Virus record (IMG/VR): IMGVR_UViG_3300017782_000016 | Span: 1 to 59,096 of that record | DNA: 59,096 nt | Source: a virus | Lineage: Duplodnaviria > Caudoviricetes | Reading direction: 5' to 3' (one strand) | Part shown: positions 37,923-46,763 of the stretch, one piece after another | Layout: the number at the start of each line of letters is the position of its first letter | How positions within the stretch are numbered: position 1 is the first letter of the stretch | Program-made: the position numbers and the translations under genes | The notes under the pieces: model-generated | Told to the model about the DNA's origin: nothing | The model's database searches: none | What the model saw: the letters and a program-made list of their open reading frames with translations, nothing else

Positions 37923-38476
37923 TTTTCTTTAATATAATGAGGGGTCATTTGCCATAAAATTTCGGCGTGATCATCACACTCTGACATATTATCAGCCAAT
38001 GGTGGCCAAGAGTGACACTGGTCTGAAATTGCTGCAACTTTTGGGTCATTCTCTTTTTCGGTTTCGTTTGGTGCTTCATTACCCGTTTTTTCTATATGGA
38101 TAACCCATCCATCTTTTTCAGAGATGTGTTTAGCTTCAAAATCAAATCTTACGTCTGCGACAATATAAAGTTTTTTATCTTTTCTGCTTGCAAGTTTTTC
38201 TTCTAGTTTATCTAACCAAACTCGCTCGCCCCATTTTTCTTTCATAGCTTCACCGTAAGCTACAAGGATTGGTCTAATCAAATTTTTATCATCAGTATTA
38301 TCGGTTCTTACTGGGAAATGAAAATTACAAGCTATAAGTTTATCTAAGTCAGACTTAATTTGATCTGCTAAAGATACGATTTCAACTTCACATTCAAACT
38401 CTCGTTCTATGATTTTTTTTAAACACAATGCTAATGTGTCTTTTCCAGATCTTGCTATACCACTAATCCCTATCAT
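37901..38476 (-). CDS. Deoxynucleoside monophosphate kinase-like P-loop protein
   Basis: GISGIARSGKDT, RPILVAYG, IVADVRF.FE. Confidence 0.85.
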   Translation of the reverse strand: MIGISGIARSGKDTLALCLKKIIEREFECEVEIVSLADQIKSDLDKLIACNFHFPVRTDNTDDKNLIRPILVAYGEAMKEKWGERVWLDKLEEKLASRKDKKLYIVADVRFDFEAKHISEKDGWVIHIEKTGNEAPNETEKENDPKVAAISDQCHSWPPLADNMSECDDHAEILWQMTPHYIKEKWKQNLN

Positions 38477-38759
38477 TATTTAACAACTCCCTTAACGCTT
38501 GTGATTCTTTATACATACCTATGTCAGATAACATTTCATCCATTCTAAACAGTTCATCAGAAATTTCAACTTCTTCGTTGATTTTTTTTACTCTAATGAC
38601 AGCTGCGACGTTAGCACCTAAACCTAATTCATCTATTATGTAGGTTAAAGCCTTATTTGCGGCTTCGTTCTTATTTTCAGCTATGACTACTGTAGTCCAA
38701 TCAGAACTACTACATAGATAAAAATCTTCTTTTTCTCCATCTAATTTTATTAAGAACAT
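38463..38759 (-). CDS. Hypothetical protein
   Basis: First ORF of leftward operon, overlaps next gene, promoter directly upstream. Confidence 0.7.
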   Translation of the reverse strand: MFLIKLDGEKEDFYLCSSSDWTTVVIAENKNEAANKALTYIIDELGLGANVAAVIRVKKINEEVEISDELFRMDEMLSDIGMYKESQALRELLNNDRD

Positions 38760-38765
38760 GAAAAG

Positions 38766-38794
38766 AAGATATAATAAAAATTTCTAAAAGTCAA
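38766..38794 (-). promoter_or_regulatory. Sigma70-type promoter, leaderless
   Basis: TTGACT-N17-TATCTT, 6 nt, then ATG (38759). Confidence 0.65.
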
Positions 38795-38883
38795 TATTAC
38801 TTTTATATATTTATTAAAATACTTTAAAGTATTTAAGATATTTTATATGTATATATATTAACTCGCTCGCCCTTGCTCGCTCG
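38785..38883. other. AT-rich palindromic tract plus GC-rich direct repeats, candidate replication origin
   Basis: 18-bp palindrome AAATACTTTAAAGTATTT (38817-38834); CTCGCTCG at 38862 and 38876; longest intergenic region, at a divergence point. Confidence 0.4.
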
Positions 38884-38895
38884 TTAAACAACTTT

Positions 38896-38923
38896 ATGTT
38901 ACACTGAAACTTACAAAATTCAA
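38896..38923 (-). promoter_or_regulatory. Composite promoter TTGAAT-N13-GTGTAACAT
   Basis: Sigma70-like TTGAAT-N16-TAACAT overlapping GTGTAA. Confidence 0.5.
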
Positions 38924-38960
38924 GTAAAAAATTTTATTTTTATTTTTTCAGCAAAAAGTA

Positions 38961-38988
38961 TTGACTAATCAGAATGACAGTGTAAATT
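38961..38988 (+). promoter_or_regulatory. Composite promoter TTGACT-N13-GTGTAAATT for nrdBA
   Basis: Sigma70-like TTGACT-N16-TAAATT overlapping GTGTAA (38980-38985). Confidence 0.6.
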
Positions 38989-38998
38989 CTTATTACAT

Positions 38999-39970
38999 AT
39001 GCTATTCGAGGAACAAGTATCAAGGAAACCAAATCTCTATCCGTGGACAGAGGAATTTGTAAACGCCATGCATAATGGCTTCTGGACCGACAAGGAGTTT
39101 AACTTCCAGTCTGATGTGCAGGATTTTAAAGTAAATCTCAACGATCAAGAGCGAGAAATTGTTAAAAGGACGCTGTCAGCTATTGGTCAAGTAGAGGTTT
39201 CTGTTAAGAAATTTTGGGCTAACTTAGGTAATCACCTACCGCATCCAGGAATTACTGATTTAGGTTATGTGATGGCCAACATAGAAGTTATTCATAACAA
39301 CGCATATGAGCGACTTTTGAGCGTTCTAGAGCTAGAAGACGTATTTGAAGAGAACCTAAAACTACCAATTATTAAGGGTAGGATAGACTATCTAAAAAAA
39401 TATCTAGAAAAATGCTACAAAGACGACAAAAAACAATATATCTATTCTATGATTTTGTTTACCTTGTTTGTAGAAAATGTTTCTTTGTTTAGTCAATTTT
39501 ATATTATTAACTGGTTTAACAGGTTTGACAATGTGCTAAAAGATACAGCGCAGCAAGTAGCATACACAAGTCGTGAAGAAAATATTCACGGTTTAGTTGG
39601 GACAAAAATTCTCAATACATTAAGAGAAGAGTACCCAGAGCTTTTCAATGCTGATTTACCAGATAGATTAAAAGAAGAAGCCCAGTGTGCATTTGAGGCA
39701 GAATCAGATATCATTGACTGGATCATAGGCGATTATGACAGAGAAGGATTAAATGCCGACATTTTAAAAGAATTTATAAAAAACAGATTAAATGAGTCAC
39801 TAGAACAAATTGGCTTTGATAAGGTTTTTGAGGTTGACAAAAAGAAACTTTCTCTTACTATATGGTTTGATGAGGATGTATTAGGTAATTCTGCTACAGA
39901 TTTTTTCTTTAAAAGACCTACCGAATACTCTAAAAAAGACAAATCATTTGACGAAGAGGACTTATTTTAA
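38999..39970 (+). CDS. nrdB: Ribonucleotide reductase class I beta subunit
   Basis: FWTDKE, EVIHNNAY, VENVSLFSQF, REENIH, DFFFKRPTEYSK. Confidence 0.95.
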   Translation: MLFEEQVSRKPNLYPWTEEFVNAMHNGFWTDKEFNFQSDVQDFKVNLNDQEREIVKRTLSAIGQVEVSVKKFWANLGNHLPHPGITDLGYVMANIEVIHNNAYERLLSVLELEDVFEENLKLPIIKGRIDYLKKYLEKCYKDDKKQYIYSMILFTLFVENVSLFSQFYIINWFNRFDNVLKDTAQQVAYTSREENIHGLVGTKILNTLREEYPELFNADLPDRLKEEAQCAFEAESDIIDWIIGDYDREGLNADILKEFIKNRLNESLEQIGFDKVFEVDKKKLSLTIWFDEDVLGNSATDFFFKRPTEYSKKDKSFDEEDLF

Positions 39971-41616
39971 TGAAAGATTATTACTGGCTTAACAGAGATT
40001 CAAGAACATTCTTGAAGAGAGGATACCTGGACGATGGAGAAACTCCAGAGGAAAGAATTAAAAACATAGCTGACGCAGCTCAAGAATTACTATCCATACC
40101 AGGTTTTTCTGAGAAGTTCCAGAGTTATATGTCTAAAGGATGGTATTCTTTATCATCTCCAATATGGGCTAATTTTGGTAAGAAAAGAGGCTTACCTATA
40201 TCATGTTTCGGATCTTACATTGATGATACTATGGAATCTATCCTTAAAAAATCATCAGAAGTAGGAATGATGACAAAGTGTGGGGGTGGTACATCTGGTT
40301 ATTTTGGGGCCATAAGAGAACGTGGCTCTGACATTGGAAGTGGTGGAAAATCTAATGGACCAATACACTTCTTAGAAATATTTGAAACAATTGCAAATGT
40401 CGTATCTCAATCAAATGTTCGTCGTGGTAGCTTTGCTGCTTATTTACCTGTTGAGCATCCAGATATTTTAGAGTTTTTGCAAATCAGAAATGATGGCCAT
40501 GCAATTCAAAACTTATCTATTGGTGTCACAATTGGAGACGCCTGGATGAAAGAAATGCTAGCTGGCGACAAGGACAAAAGAAAAGTTTGGGGAGCTATTA
40601 TTAAAAAACGTTTTGAGAGCGGATACCCCTATATCTTCTACAAAAACGCAATGAATAGAAATGCTCCTTTAGTATATCAAGACAAAGGATTGGAAATTTA
40701 TGCAAGTAATTTATGCTCTGAAATCGCATTACATTCAAATACAGAAGAATCATTTGTTTGTAATTTATCATCTTTAAACGTCTTACATTACGATGAATGG
40801 AAGGATACAGATGCACCAGAAATACTTACTTATTTCTTAGATGCAGTAATGACTGAATTTATTGATAAATGTAAAAGTAAACCATTTATGGATGCACCTA
40901 GAAATTTTGCTAAAAACCAAAGAGCTTTAGGTATAGGTGTTTTAGGTTGGCATTCCTTATTACAATCTAAAATGATTGCATTTGAGTCTATGGAAGCTAA
41001 GTTTTTAAATCAAGAAATACATAAAAAAATTCAAGAAAAAACTAAATATGCAACCAAAGAGTTAGCTAAAGTTTACGGAGAACCGCCCCTACTTAAAGGT
41101 TATGGAGAACGTAATGTCACAACAATGGCTATTGCTCCAACCACTTCTAGTTCATTTATTCTTGGTCAAGTATCCCCAAGTATTGAGCCATTGAACTCAA
41201 ATTATTTTGTTAAAGACTTAGCTAAAGGGAAATTTACATACAAAAATCCATATTTAGAAGCCTTACTAGAAGAAAAAGAACAAAACACACAAGCAGTTTG
41301 GAAAACAATACTAGTTAAGGGTGGATCCGTACAACATTTGAATTTTCTAACAGATGAGGAAAAATCTGTATTTAAGACTTTTGGAGAAATCAGTCAGAAA
41401 GAAATCATTATACAAGCCGCTCAGAGACAGAAGTTTATAGATCAGTCTCAAAGCTTAAACATAATGGTACACCCTAAATCTTCACCCAAAGATGTCAGTC
41501 AACTAATGATTTTTGCTTGGGAGCAAGGAATTAAGACCTTATACTATCAAAGAGGCACAAACCCTTCTCAAGAGCTAAGTAGGAATTTATTAGAATGTGC
41601 ATCATGTGAGGGATAA
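39970..41616 (+). CDS. nrdA: Ribonucleotide reductase class I alpha subunit (no ATP cone)
   Basis: PISCF, SNLCSEI, VCNLSS, AIAPTTSSS, KTLYY, C-terminal CASCEG. Confidence 0.95.
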   Translation: MKDYYWLNRDSRTFLKRGYLDDGETPEERIKNIADAAQELLSIPGFSEKFQSYMSKGWYSLSSPIWANFGKKRGLPISCFGSYIDDTMESILKKSSEVGMMTKCGGGTSGYFGAIRERGSDIGSGGKSNGPIHFLEIFETIANVVSQSNVRRGSFAAYLPVEHPDILEFLQIRNDGHAIQNLSIGVTIGDAWMKEMLAGDKDKRKVWGAIIKKRFESGYPYIFYKNAMNRNAPLVYQDKGLEIYASNLCSEIALHSNTEESFVCNLSSLNVLHYDEWKDTDAPEILTYFLDAVMTEFIDKCKSKPFMDAPRNFAKNQRALGIGVLGWHSLLQSKMIAFESMEAKFLNQEIHKKIQEKTKYATKELAKVYGEPPLLKGYGERNVTTMAIAPTTSSSFILGQVSPSIEPLNSNYFVKDLAKGKFTYKNPYLEALLEEKEQNTQAVWKTILVKGGSVQHLNFLTDEEKSVFKTFGEISQKEIIIQAAQRQKFIDQSQSLNIMVHPKSSPKDVSQLMIFAWEQGIKTLYYQRGTNPSQELSRNLLECASCEG

Positions 41617-41620
41617 AAAT

Positions 41621-41626
41621 GTGTAA
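41621..41626 (+). promoter_or_regulatory. GTGTAA putative late promoter
   Basis: 8 nt upstream of ATG 41635. Confidence 0.7.
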
Positions 41627-41634
41627 ATACCTGT

Positions 41635-41970
41635 ATGGCAGCAGGCACACATAATATCACAATTGAAAAAAAGGCTAGTTTTAGTTTTTCAGCTACCTTT
41701 AAACAACCAAATGGATCAGCTTTAAACCTAACGGACAGAACACCATCTGCTCAAATACGTAGAGATTTCGACAATGGTCTTCAAGCCACATTTACAGTTG
41801 TTAAAACAGATGCTACTAATGGAATCGCTACTTTATCTCTCACTTCCGCTCAAACTAGCGCCTTAACAGAAGACCCAAGTCATTATGATTTATTCTTTAC
41901 TTTGAGTAACGGAACTGTAGAAAAAGTTTTGCAAGGATCCGTCTCAATCATTAAGAATGTAACAACATAA
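41635..41970 (+). CDS. Small Ig-like virion protein (BppU-N-like fibre adaptor)
   Basis: NITIEKKASF...ALNLT...AQIR...GIATLSLT...YDL...VLQG pattern. Confidence 0.6.
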   Translation: MAAGTHNITIEKKASFSFSATFKQPNGSALNLTDRTPSAQIRRDFDNGLQATFTVVKTDATNGIATLSLTSAQTSALTEDPSHYDLFFTLSNGTVEKVLQGSVSIIKNVTT

Positions 41971-44900
41971 TGTCAGATGTTAATATTAGAATCACTACTA
42001 CAGAAGGAGCAACCGTTATCACATCAACAACGGGTGCTAGTCATGTAGTAAATGATAGCGCATCTATACAAGCTTCTGTTATTGCTTCTACTGACCCAGC
42101 TGCAGAAATCAGCACAACCAGTGATGGCGCGGCTGATGTAACAATTGATGATACTTTTTTTGAACCAACAATTGCCAGTGATCTTCTAGAACTAAGAACT
42201 GCCACTGGTTTATTAGATACATCAACTGGACTTTTACAAAGTTCCATTACTGGTTTAACTGGTGCTACTGGAGAGTTGTTTGATTTAGTCACAGGTCTGA
42301 CTGGCGCAACAGGTGAGTTATCTAGTTCTGTTACTGGGTTGATAGGAGCAACTGGGGAACTAAGCACTGCTACAGGCATTTTAAAAACATTATCTGATAA
42401 TTTCGATACTTCGCTCAACAATACTGTTAACAATAAATTAGATACAAACAACCCAACAGCCACAGGTTTCTTTAGTTTGGATGGGGTTAGTGGCAATAAG
42501 TTAGCTTTTTTACTTAATGATGGAACAGCGCGCATTACACCTAGAAATGGTGTTGGTCTACATTTAAAAACAAATGCAACAAACAATGCTGCAGTTTCAC
42601 TAAAAGTTGAAGGCACAACTACAGTAACCCATGATTTTTTTAAAGACAGTGGTCAAACTAATGGGTTTGCCGATAATTCAAATCACTTTCATGACATCAC
42701 AACTATTAATCAAATTACACAGCAAGGCATTGGTAATAATCTAAATTTAGAAAGACTACAAGAAAGATATTATGCAGTCACTGATAACTTCGTTAGATTA
42801 GCGACAGGGTTGCAAGCAACCGATGTATTTTCAATATATCCAGATTCTCTTTGCCACGGTTTTGAAGGAGTAATGGACGGCAATAATGTAGTCCAACATA
42901 GTGGACTTCATTTAGGTATAGCAACTGGAACTGGTACACATATCGTAGAAACTGGAGTCACTGGTCAAGCAGCCTTTTTAAGTAAACACAGGGTCGCAAG
43001 AACAATAGGCACTAACGATATAGTAGAAACAAATTCTAACGGAGATGTTATAGGTTCAGCTGTTTTAAATATTACTGGTTTAGTCGCAAGCTCTAATAGA
43101 AGCGCTAATGCGCAAAGATTTTTTGTTTCTAACACTACACCGTTAGGTAAAAGTGAGCCATTAGAAATTAATTTTAATTTTGATCACCCACTAAAAATAG
43201 GTCAAAATGTTAGAATGAATTTTTCTCAATCTTTCGAAGGTCCAATAGTAGCAGCTTCTTTATTTGGTACTGTATCTAATACGGGATCTGGCAATGGAGT
43301 AATAACACCACAAACAGCTGACATAGAATTATTTGGTGGTAATTACAAAACTACTAATGAGGTTCCAGCTAACGCTTTAGATTTAACTGGTTTAGCTCAC
43401 GGCTGGAGTTTAGAGTCATTATCAAATGGAACTAGATTAGGTAGAGAGGGTGTTTTATCCCTACAAGATAAATCTTATACAGGTTTACCAGGTGGACCCA
43501 GATCTTATAATGAGCTTCTGCATATCACCTTTACTGGAGGTCAACAACACGGTTTAGAACAAAACGAAACAGTTACTCTTATTACTAATGGTCAAAATGA
43601 TTTGATTGTACATCAAAATGCATATGTTATAGATGCTCATGCTACTGGTGCACCAACAGGTATGTTTGCAATTACAGGAGCAGTAACATTTCAACCAAAT
43701 AATTTAAACACATTATCTAATTTTAATAGCACCTTAAAACCTTTTTTAAGTGGTCAAATCCTTAAAAGCATTTCTAATACAACTGGTTTCAATATAAATG
43801 GCTCAACCGTTAGTATTAATACTACAGAAGATCACGGTTTAAATGTTTTTGATACAGTTACAATTAACGGTTTAGGTAATCTACCCACAGATGGAGCTTC
43901 TTCGCCACTTGATGGTACAGCTGATACTGTTAGACATTTAGATGGGACATTCTTAGTTGTTGACACGCCAAGTGCTAAGAATTTTAAGTATTTAAGAGTT
44001 TTAGGGGATGCAAAAGACGGGAGCACACTTTATCAAATTACAGGTAGGGGTGGAGCTGTCGGTTCTACAGTTAGCCATTATCCTAACGCTACAGCTTTAA
44101 CTAGTGGGTCAGCTGCTATACTTTCTTATGGTCGTTTAATTAGACAACACAATCTACAAACAATTGAACCCCAAACAGGTAACTGGACAATACATAGAGG
44201 TAGTTTAGACGGTATACATAACGAAACCTTGGGCGATCAACTTTATACATTTTTTGCAGATAATAGTGGTCACTATAAAAGTTATCAGATTGGCCCTGGT
44301 TCTCAAGTAGATACTCACGGTATAGCATTAGGCAAAAGCGTTTATAATAATAATTACGAAACAATAAAAATCGGTTATAATACTGAAAAAACAAGTCCTA
44401 GTTTAAGTTTGGGCCCAAATCAAAAATCAGCAATTTGTCTAGAATCCGCTCAAGAAACTTTCAATATTACAGATGATATAGGTAATATTATTACATCTGT
44501 TTCTAAAACAGGTCTTCTATTTAATACTGATATAACCGCTAATGGCAGTATTTCAAGCAGTGGTCTTGTAGTAGGATTAACTGGAGCCAGATTTAATGAT
44601 GTTGTAGATGTTACTGGGAGTATAGGTGCTCAAAGAATAAGCATTAATGCTAGTGGCCCAAATGATGTTGCTGGCGTCTTAGAAGTTGGTGGGCATGCAG
44701 AATTTATTAGTACTGTAAATGTCGGCACAAGTCGAGATGATGTTAATAGATTGCAACTTACTTCAAGCAGTTTAGGGTTTGTATATGGGGGAACTATAAG
44801 TAATATCACTCGATTAAATGTTGATAAAATTGTTCCCGCTATAAGTTCAAATTTAGAATTAGAAGCTTCAAACACGACCATTGATATGCAAAAAACATTC

Positions 44901-45080
44901 AGTACAGGAACCTTAACTGTTTTGGGTAATGAGCATATTAGTGGAAATTTAACAGTTAGCGGCAACCTAACAGTAGATGGAACAGGCTTACACTTACCAA
45001 ACCTAACCTCTGGTGATCCAAGTATCAGTGGTCAAATTTATTATGATGCAAACGGCTTTTTAAAGCGCTCTTTTGGCTAA
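41970..45080 (+). CDS. Tail fibre/spike-like virion protein
   Basis: Thr/Gly-rich; N-terminal 14-aa repeats; three H(G/P)L-x-x-x-x-x-V beta modules; C-terminal SGNLTVSGNLTV and GQIYYDANGFLK. Confidence 0.7.
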   Translation: MSDVNIRITTTEGATVITSTTGASHVVNDSASIQASVIASTDPAAEISTTSDGAADVTIDDTFFEPTIASDLLELRTATGLLDTSTGLLQSSITGLTGATGELFDLVTGLTGATGELSSSVTGLIGATGELSTATGILKTLSDNFDTSLNNTVNNKLDTNNPTATGFFSLDGVSGNKLAFLLNDGTARITPRNGVGLHLKTNATNNAAVSLKVEGTTTVTHDFFKDSGQTNGFADNSNHFHDITTINQITQQGIGNNLNLERLQERYYAVTDNFVRLATGLQATDVFSIYPDSLCHGFEGVMDGNNVVQHSGLHLGIATGTGTHIVETGVTGQAAFLSKHRVARTIGTNDIVETNSNGDVIGSAVLNITGLVASSNRSANAQRFFVSNTTPLGKSEPLEINFNFDHPLKIGQNVRMNFSQSFEGPIVAASLFGTVSNTGSGNGVITPQTADIELFGGNYKTTNEVPANALDLTGLAHGWSLESLSNGTRLGREGVLSLQDKSYTGLPGGPRSYNELLHITFTGGQQHGLEQNETVTLITNGQNDLIVHQNAYVIDAHATGAPTGMFAITGAVTFQPNNLNTLSNFNSTLKPFLSGQILKSISNTTGFNINGSTVSINTTEDHGLNVFDTVTINGLGNLPTDGASSPLDGTADTVRHLDGTFLVVDTPSAKNFKYLRVLGDAKDGSTLYQITGRGGAVGSTVSHYPNATALTSGSAAILSYGRLIRQHNLQTIEPQTGNWTIHRGSLDGIHNETLGDQLYTFFADNSGHYKSYQIGPGSQVDTHGIALGKSVYNNNYETIKIGYNTEKTSPSLSLGPNQKSAICLESAQETFNITDDIGNIITSVSKTGLLFNTDITANGSISSSGLVVGLTGARFNDVVDVTGSIGAQRISINASGPNDVAGVLEVGGHAEFISTVNVGTSRDDVNRLQLTSSSLGFVYGGTISNITRLNVDKIVPAISSNLELEASNTTIDMQKTFSTGTLTVLGNEHISGNLTVSGNLTVDGTGLHLPNLTSGDPSISGQIYYDANGFLKRSFG
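42249..42362 (+). repeat. Three 42-bp-period repeats encoding TGL(T/I)GATGEL
   Basis: Units start at 42249, 42291, 42333; synonymously diverged. Confidence 0.85.
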
Positions 45081-45085
45081 TTTAT

Positions 45086-45091
45086 GTGTAA
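45086..45091 (+). promoter_or_regulatory. GTGTAA putative late promoter
   Basis: 9 nt upstream of ATG 45101. Confidence 0.7.
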
Positions 45092-45100
45092 AACATTTTA

Positions 45101-45388
45101 ATGCCCGAAAATGAAGATAGACTAACTCGAATGGAGGAGAAGATAGATAAACTATCTGATGCTGTTATTTCAATTGCTAGAGCCGAAGAAAAATTAATTC
45201 AATTAGGAACTCTTACAGATGTTTTATTTAAAAAAATAGATGACATGGGAGAAAGAATGATTGAGATGGAAAAAACCTCGGCCGAAACAAAAGCCTTTAT
45301 GAATGGATTTAATAAAATTACTTGGGTATTTGTTAGTGGACTACTTACAGCATTAGCTGGTATAGTTGCATATAATTTGTGGGGTTAA
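45101..45388 (+). CDS. Coiled-coil protein with C-terminal TM helix (XhlA/holin-like)
   Basis: RLTRMEEKIDKL coiled coil; ITWVFVSGLLTALAGIVAY. Confidence 0.6.
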   Translation: MPENEDRLTRMEEKIDKLSDAVISIARAEEKLIQLGTLTDVLFKKIDDMGERMIEMEKTSAETKAFMNGFNKITWVFVSGLLTALAGIVAYNLWG

Positions 45389-45400
45389 TCTCCATTTTAT

Positions 45401-45406
45401 GTGTAA
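45401..45406 (+). promoter_or_regulatory. GTGTAA putative late promoter
   Basis: 8 nt upstream of ATG 45415. Confidence 0.7.
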
Positions 45407-45414
45407 AATAGCTT

Positions 45415-46746
45415 ATGTCCAGAGAACATGTCAATTTATTCAGATCTGAAATCAAATCAGAAACAGGTGTAGACCAAACTACATACGAAGTACTTAGAAA
45501 AAAAATAATAAGAACCTTCATGGATACAGTTGAGGGCGCACCAAGACACGATTATGATAGTCGTCTGATCAGAGAATTTAATAATAGATGCGATCAATTA
45601 GGTTTCGACGATTCTATAAAAATAGTTCCAACAGATGCTGGAGGCACTTATATAGGTAATTTTGCTGGAATCCCAGCGCCAGTAGAAAACAACGCAATAC
45701 CTAATGAAAATTTTACAGGAAATAACACCCAAGATACTAATCCTGGTATTTATGGCTTTTTGTTTGAAAATTTTAACGGACATCCCGTAGGTCCAAGTGC
45801 TAATACCAATACAGAAGTCCAAATGTCTGGTTGGTATTTTCATTCACCAATGTTTACTAACACTTACAATTACAATACTTTAATGTTGGGCGCATTATTT
45901 TCTAAAGAATCCTATAACTTACTTGAAAGCGGACAACTGCTTGGTTATGGCGATTTTATGCAAGATAGAGTTTTAAAACTTTTTGGTCAAAATAACGCCA
46001 TGGCTTCTCCAGGCGTTAACTCTGATTTTAATTCAGAATTAAATAGATTATTTTTTAATGGTAGCCTTTTTACTAGCCCAATTACTATGATGGGAAATAC
46101 AGCTGGTGCTCCAGGATTAAATAGTTTTCAAACAGGTTATTGGTGTAGATATGATATTGGTTTTAACCTTGGAGAAAATGATTTTGCGCCATCGATTCCA
46201 ACAAATACAACAGGAATTTCTTTTGGCTGTTATGTTAAAATTGAAAAAGATGACCCCTTACTGGATTTAAACTTTGGTGGTATGTATATTAGACAAATAA
46301 CTGGTGATGGTACTAATCAAAGAGATTTTGTTGACGTTTTACAAGTAAAAGGCTCTAATTTTACGCAAACGCCAAGTATGATGGGCACAACTGATTACGC
46401 TACTGTAGCTGGTACTAACGGTTGTTATAATTGGGGTAATGGTCGTTCTCTTGAATCCGCTGGAGGTGGAGCGCAATTAAAATTATTGGAAACATTTCCC
46501 CCATTCGGAACTTCCGTAAGGGCTTTAGAAACAAAATTACAAACTGATGCAAGAGATTGGGTTTTACTCTCTGGTCGAACACCATACCTCACGGGAGATA
46601 TTAACCATATTCCACATACTGGAATTAATGCAGTTTTATTTTATGGGGAGAATCATGAGCATTTAGGTAAAGGGGTTAGTGGATTAAGTATTGACGATCC
46701 AGGTGCTATATATTTCTCACAACCTTTTGTAGAATTTTTATCATAA
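45415..46746 (+). CDS. Hypothetical, probably virion-associated protein
   Basis: Helical ~75-aa N-terminus then Gly/Asn-rich beta region; late motif upstream. Confidence 0.6.
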   Translation: MSREHVNLFRSEIKSETGVDQTTYEVLRKKIIRTFMDTVEGAPRHDYDSRLIREFNNRCDQLGFDDSIKIVPTDAGGTYIGNFAGIPAPVENNAIPNENFTGNNTQDTNPGIYGFLFENFNGHPVGPSANTNTEVQMSGWYFHSPMFTNTYNYNTLMLGALFSKESYNLLESGQLLGYGDFMQDRVLKLFGQNNAMASPGVNSDFNSELNRLFFNGSLFTSPITMMGNTAGAPGLNSFQTGYWCRYDIGFNLGENDFAPSIPTNTTGISFGCYVKIEKDDPLLDLNFGGMYIRQITGDGTNQRDFVDVLQVKGSNFTQTPSMMGTTDYATVAGTNGCYNWGNGRSLESAGGGAQLKLLETFPPFGTSVRALETKLQTDARDWVLLSGRTPYLTGDINHIPHTGINAVLFYGENHEHLGKGVSGLSIDDPGAIYFSQPFVEFLS

Positions 46747-46749
46747 AAA

Positions 46750-46755
46750 GTGTAA
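46750..46755 (+). promoter_or_regulatory. GTGTAA putative late promoter
   Basis: 8 nt upstream of ATG 46764. Confidence 0.7.
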
Positions 46756-46763
46756 TATATGAT

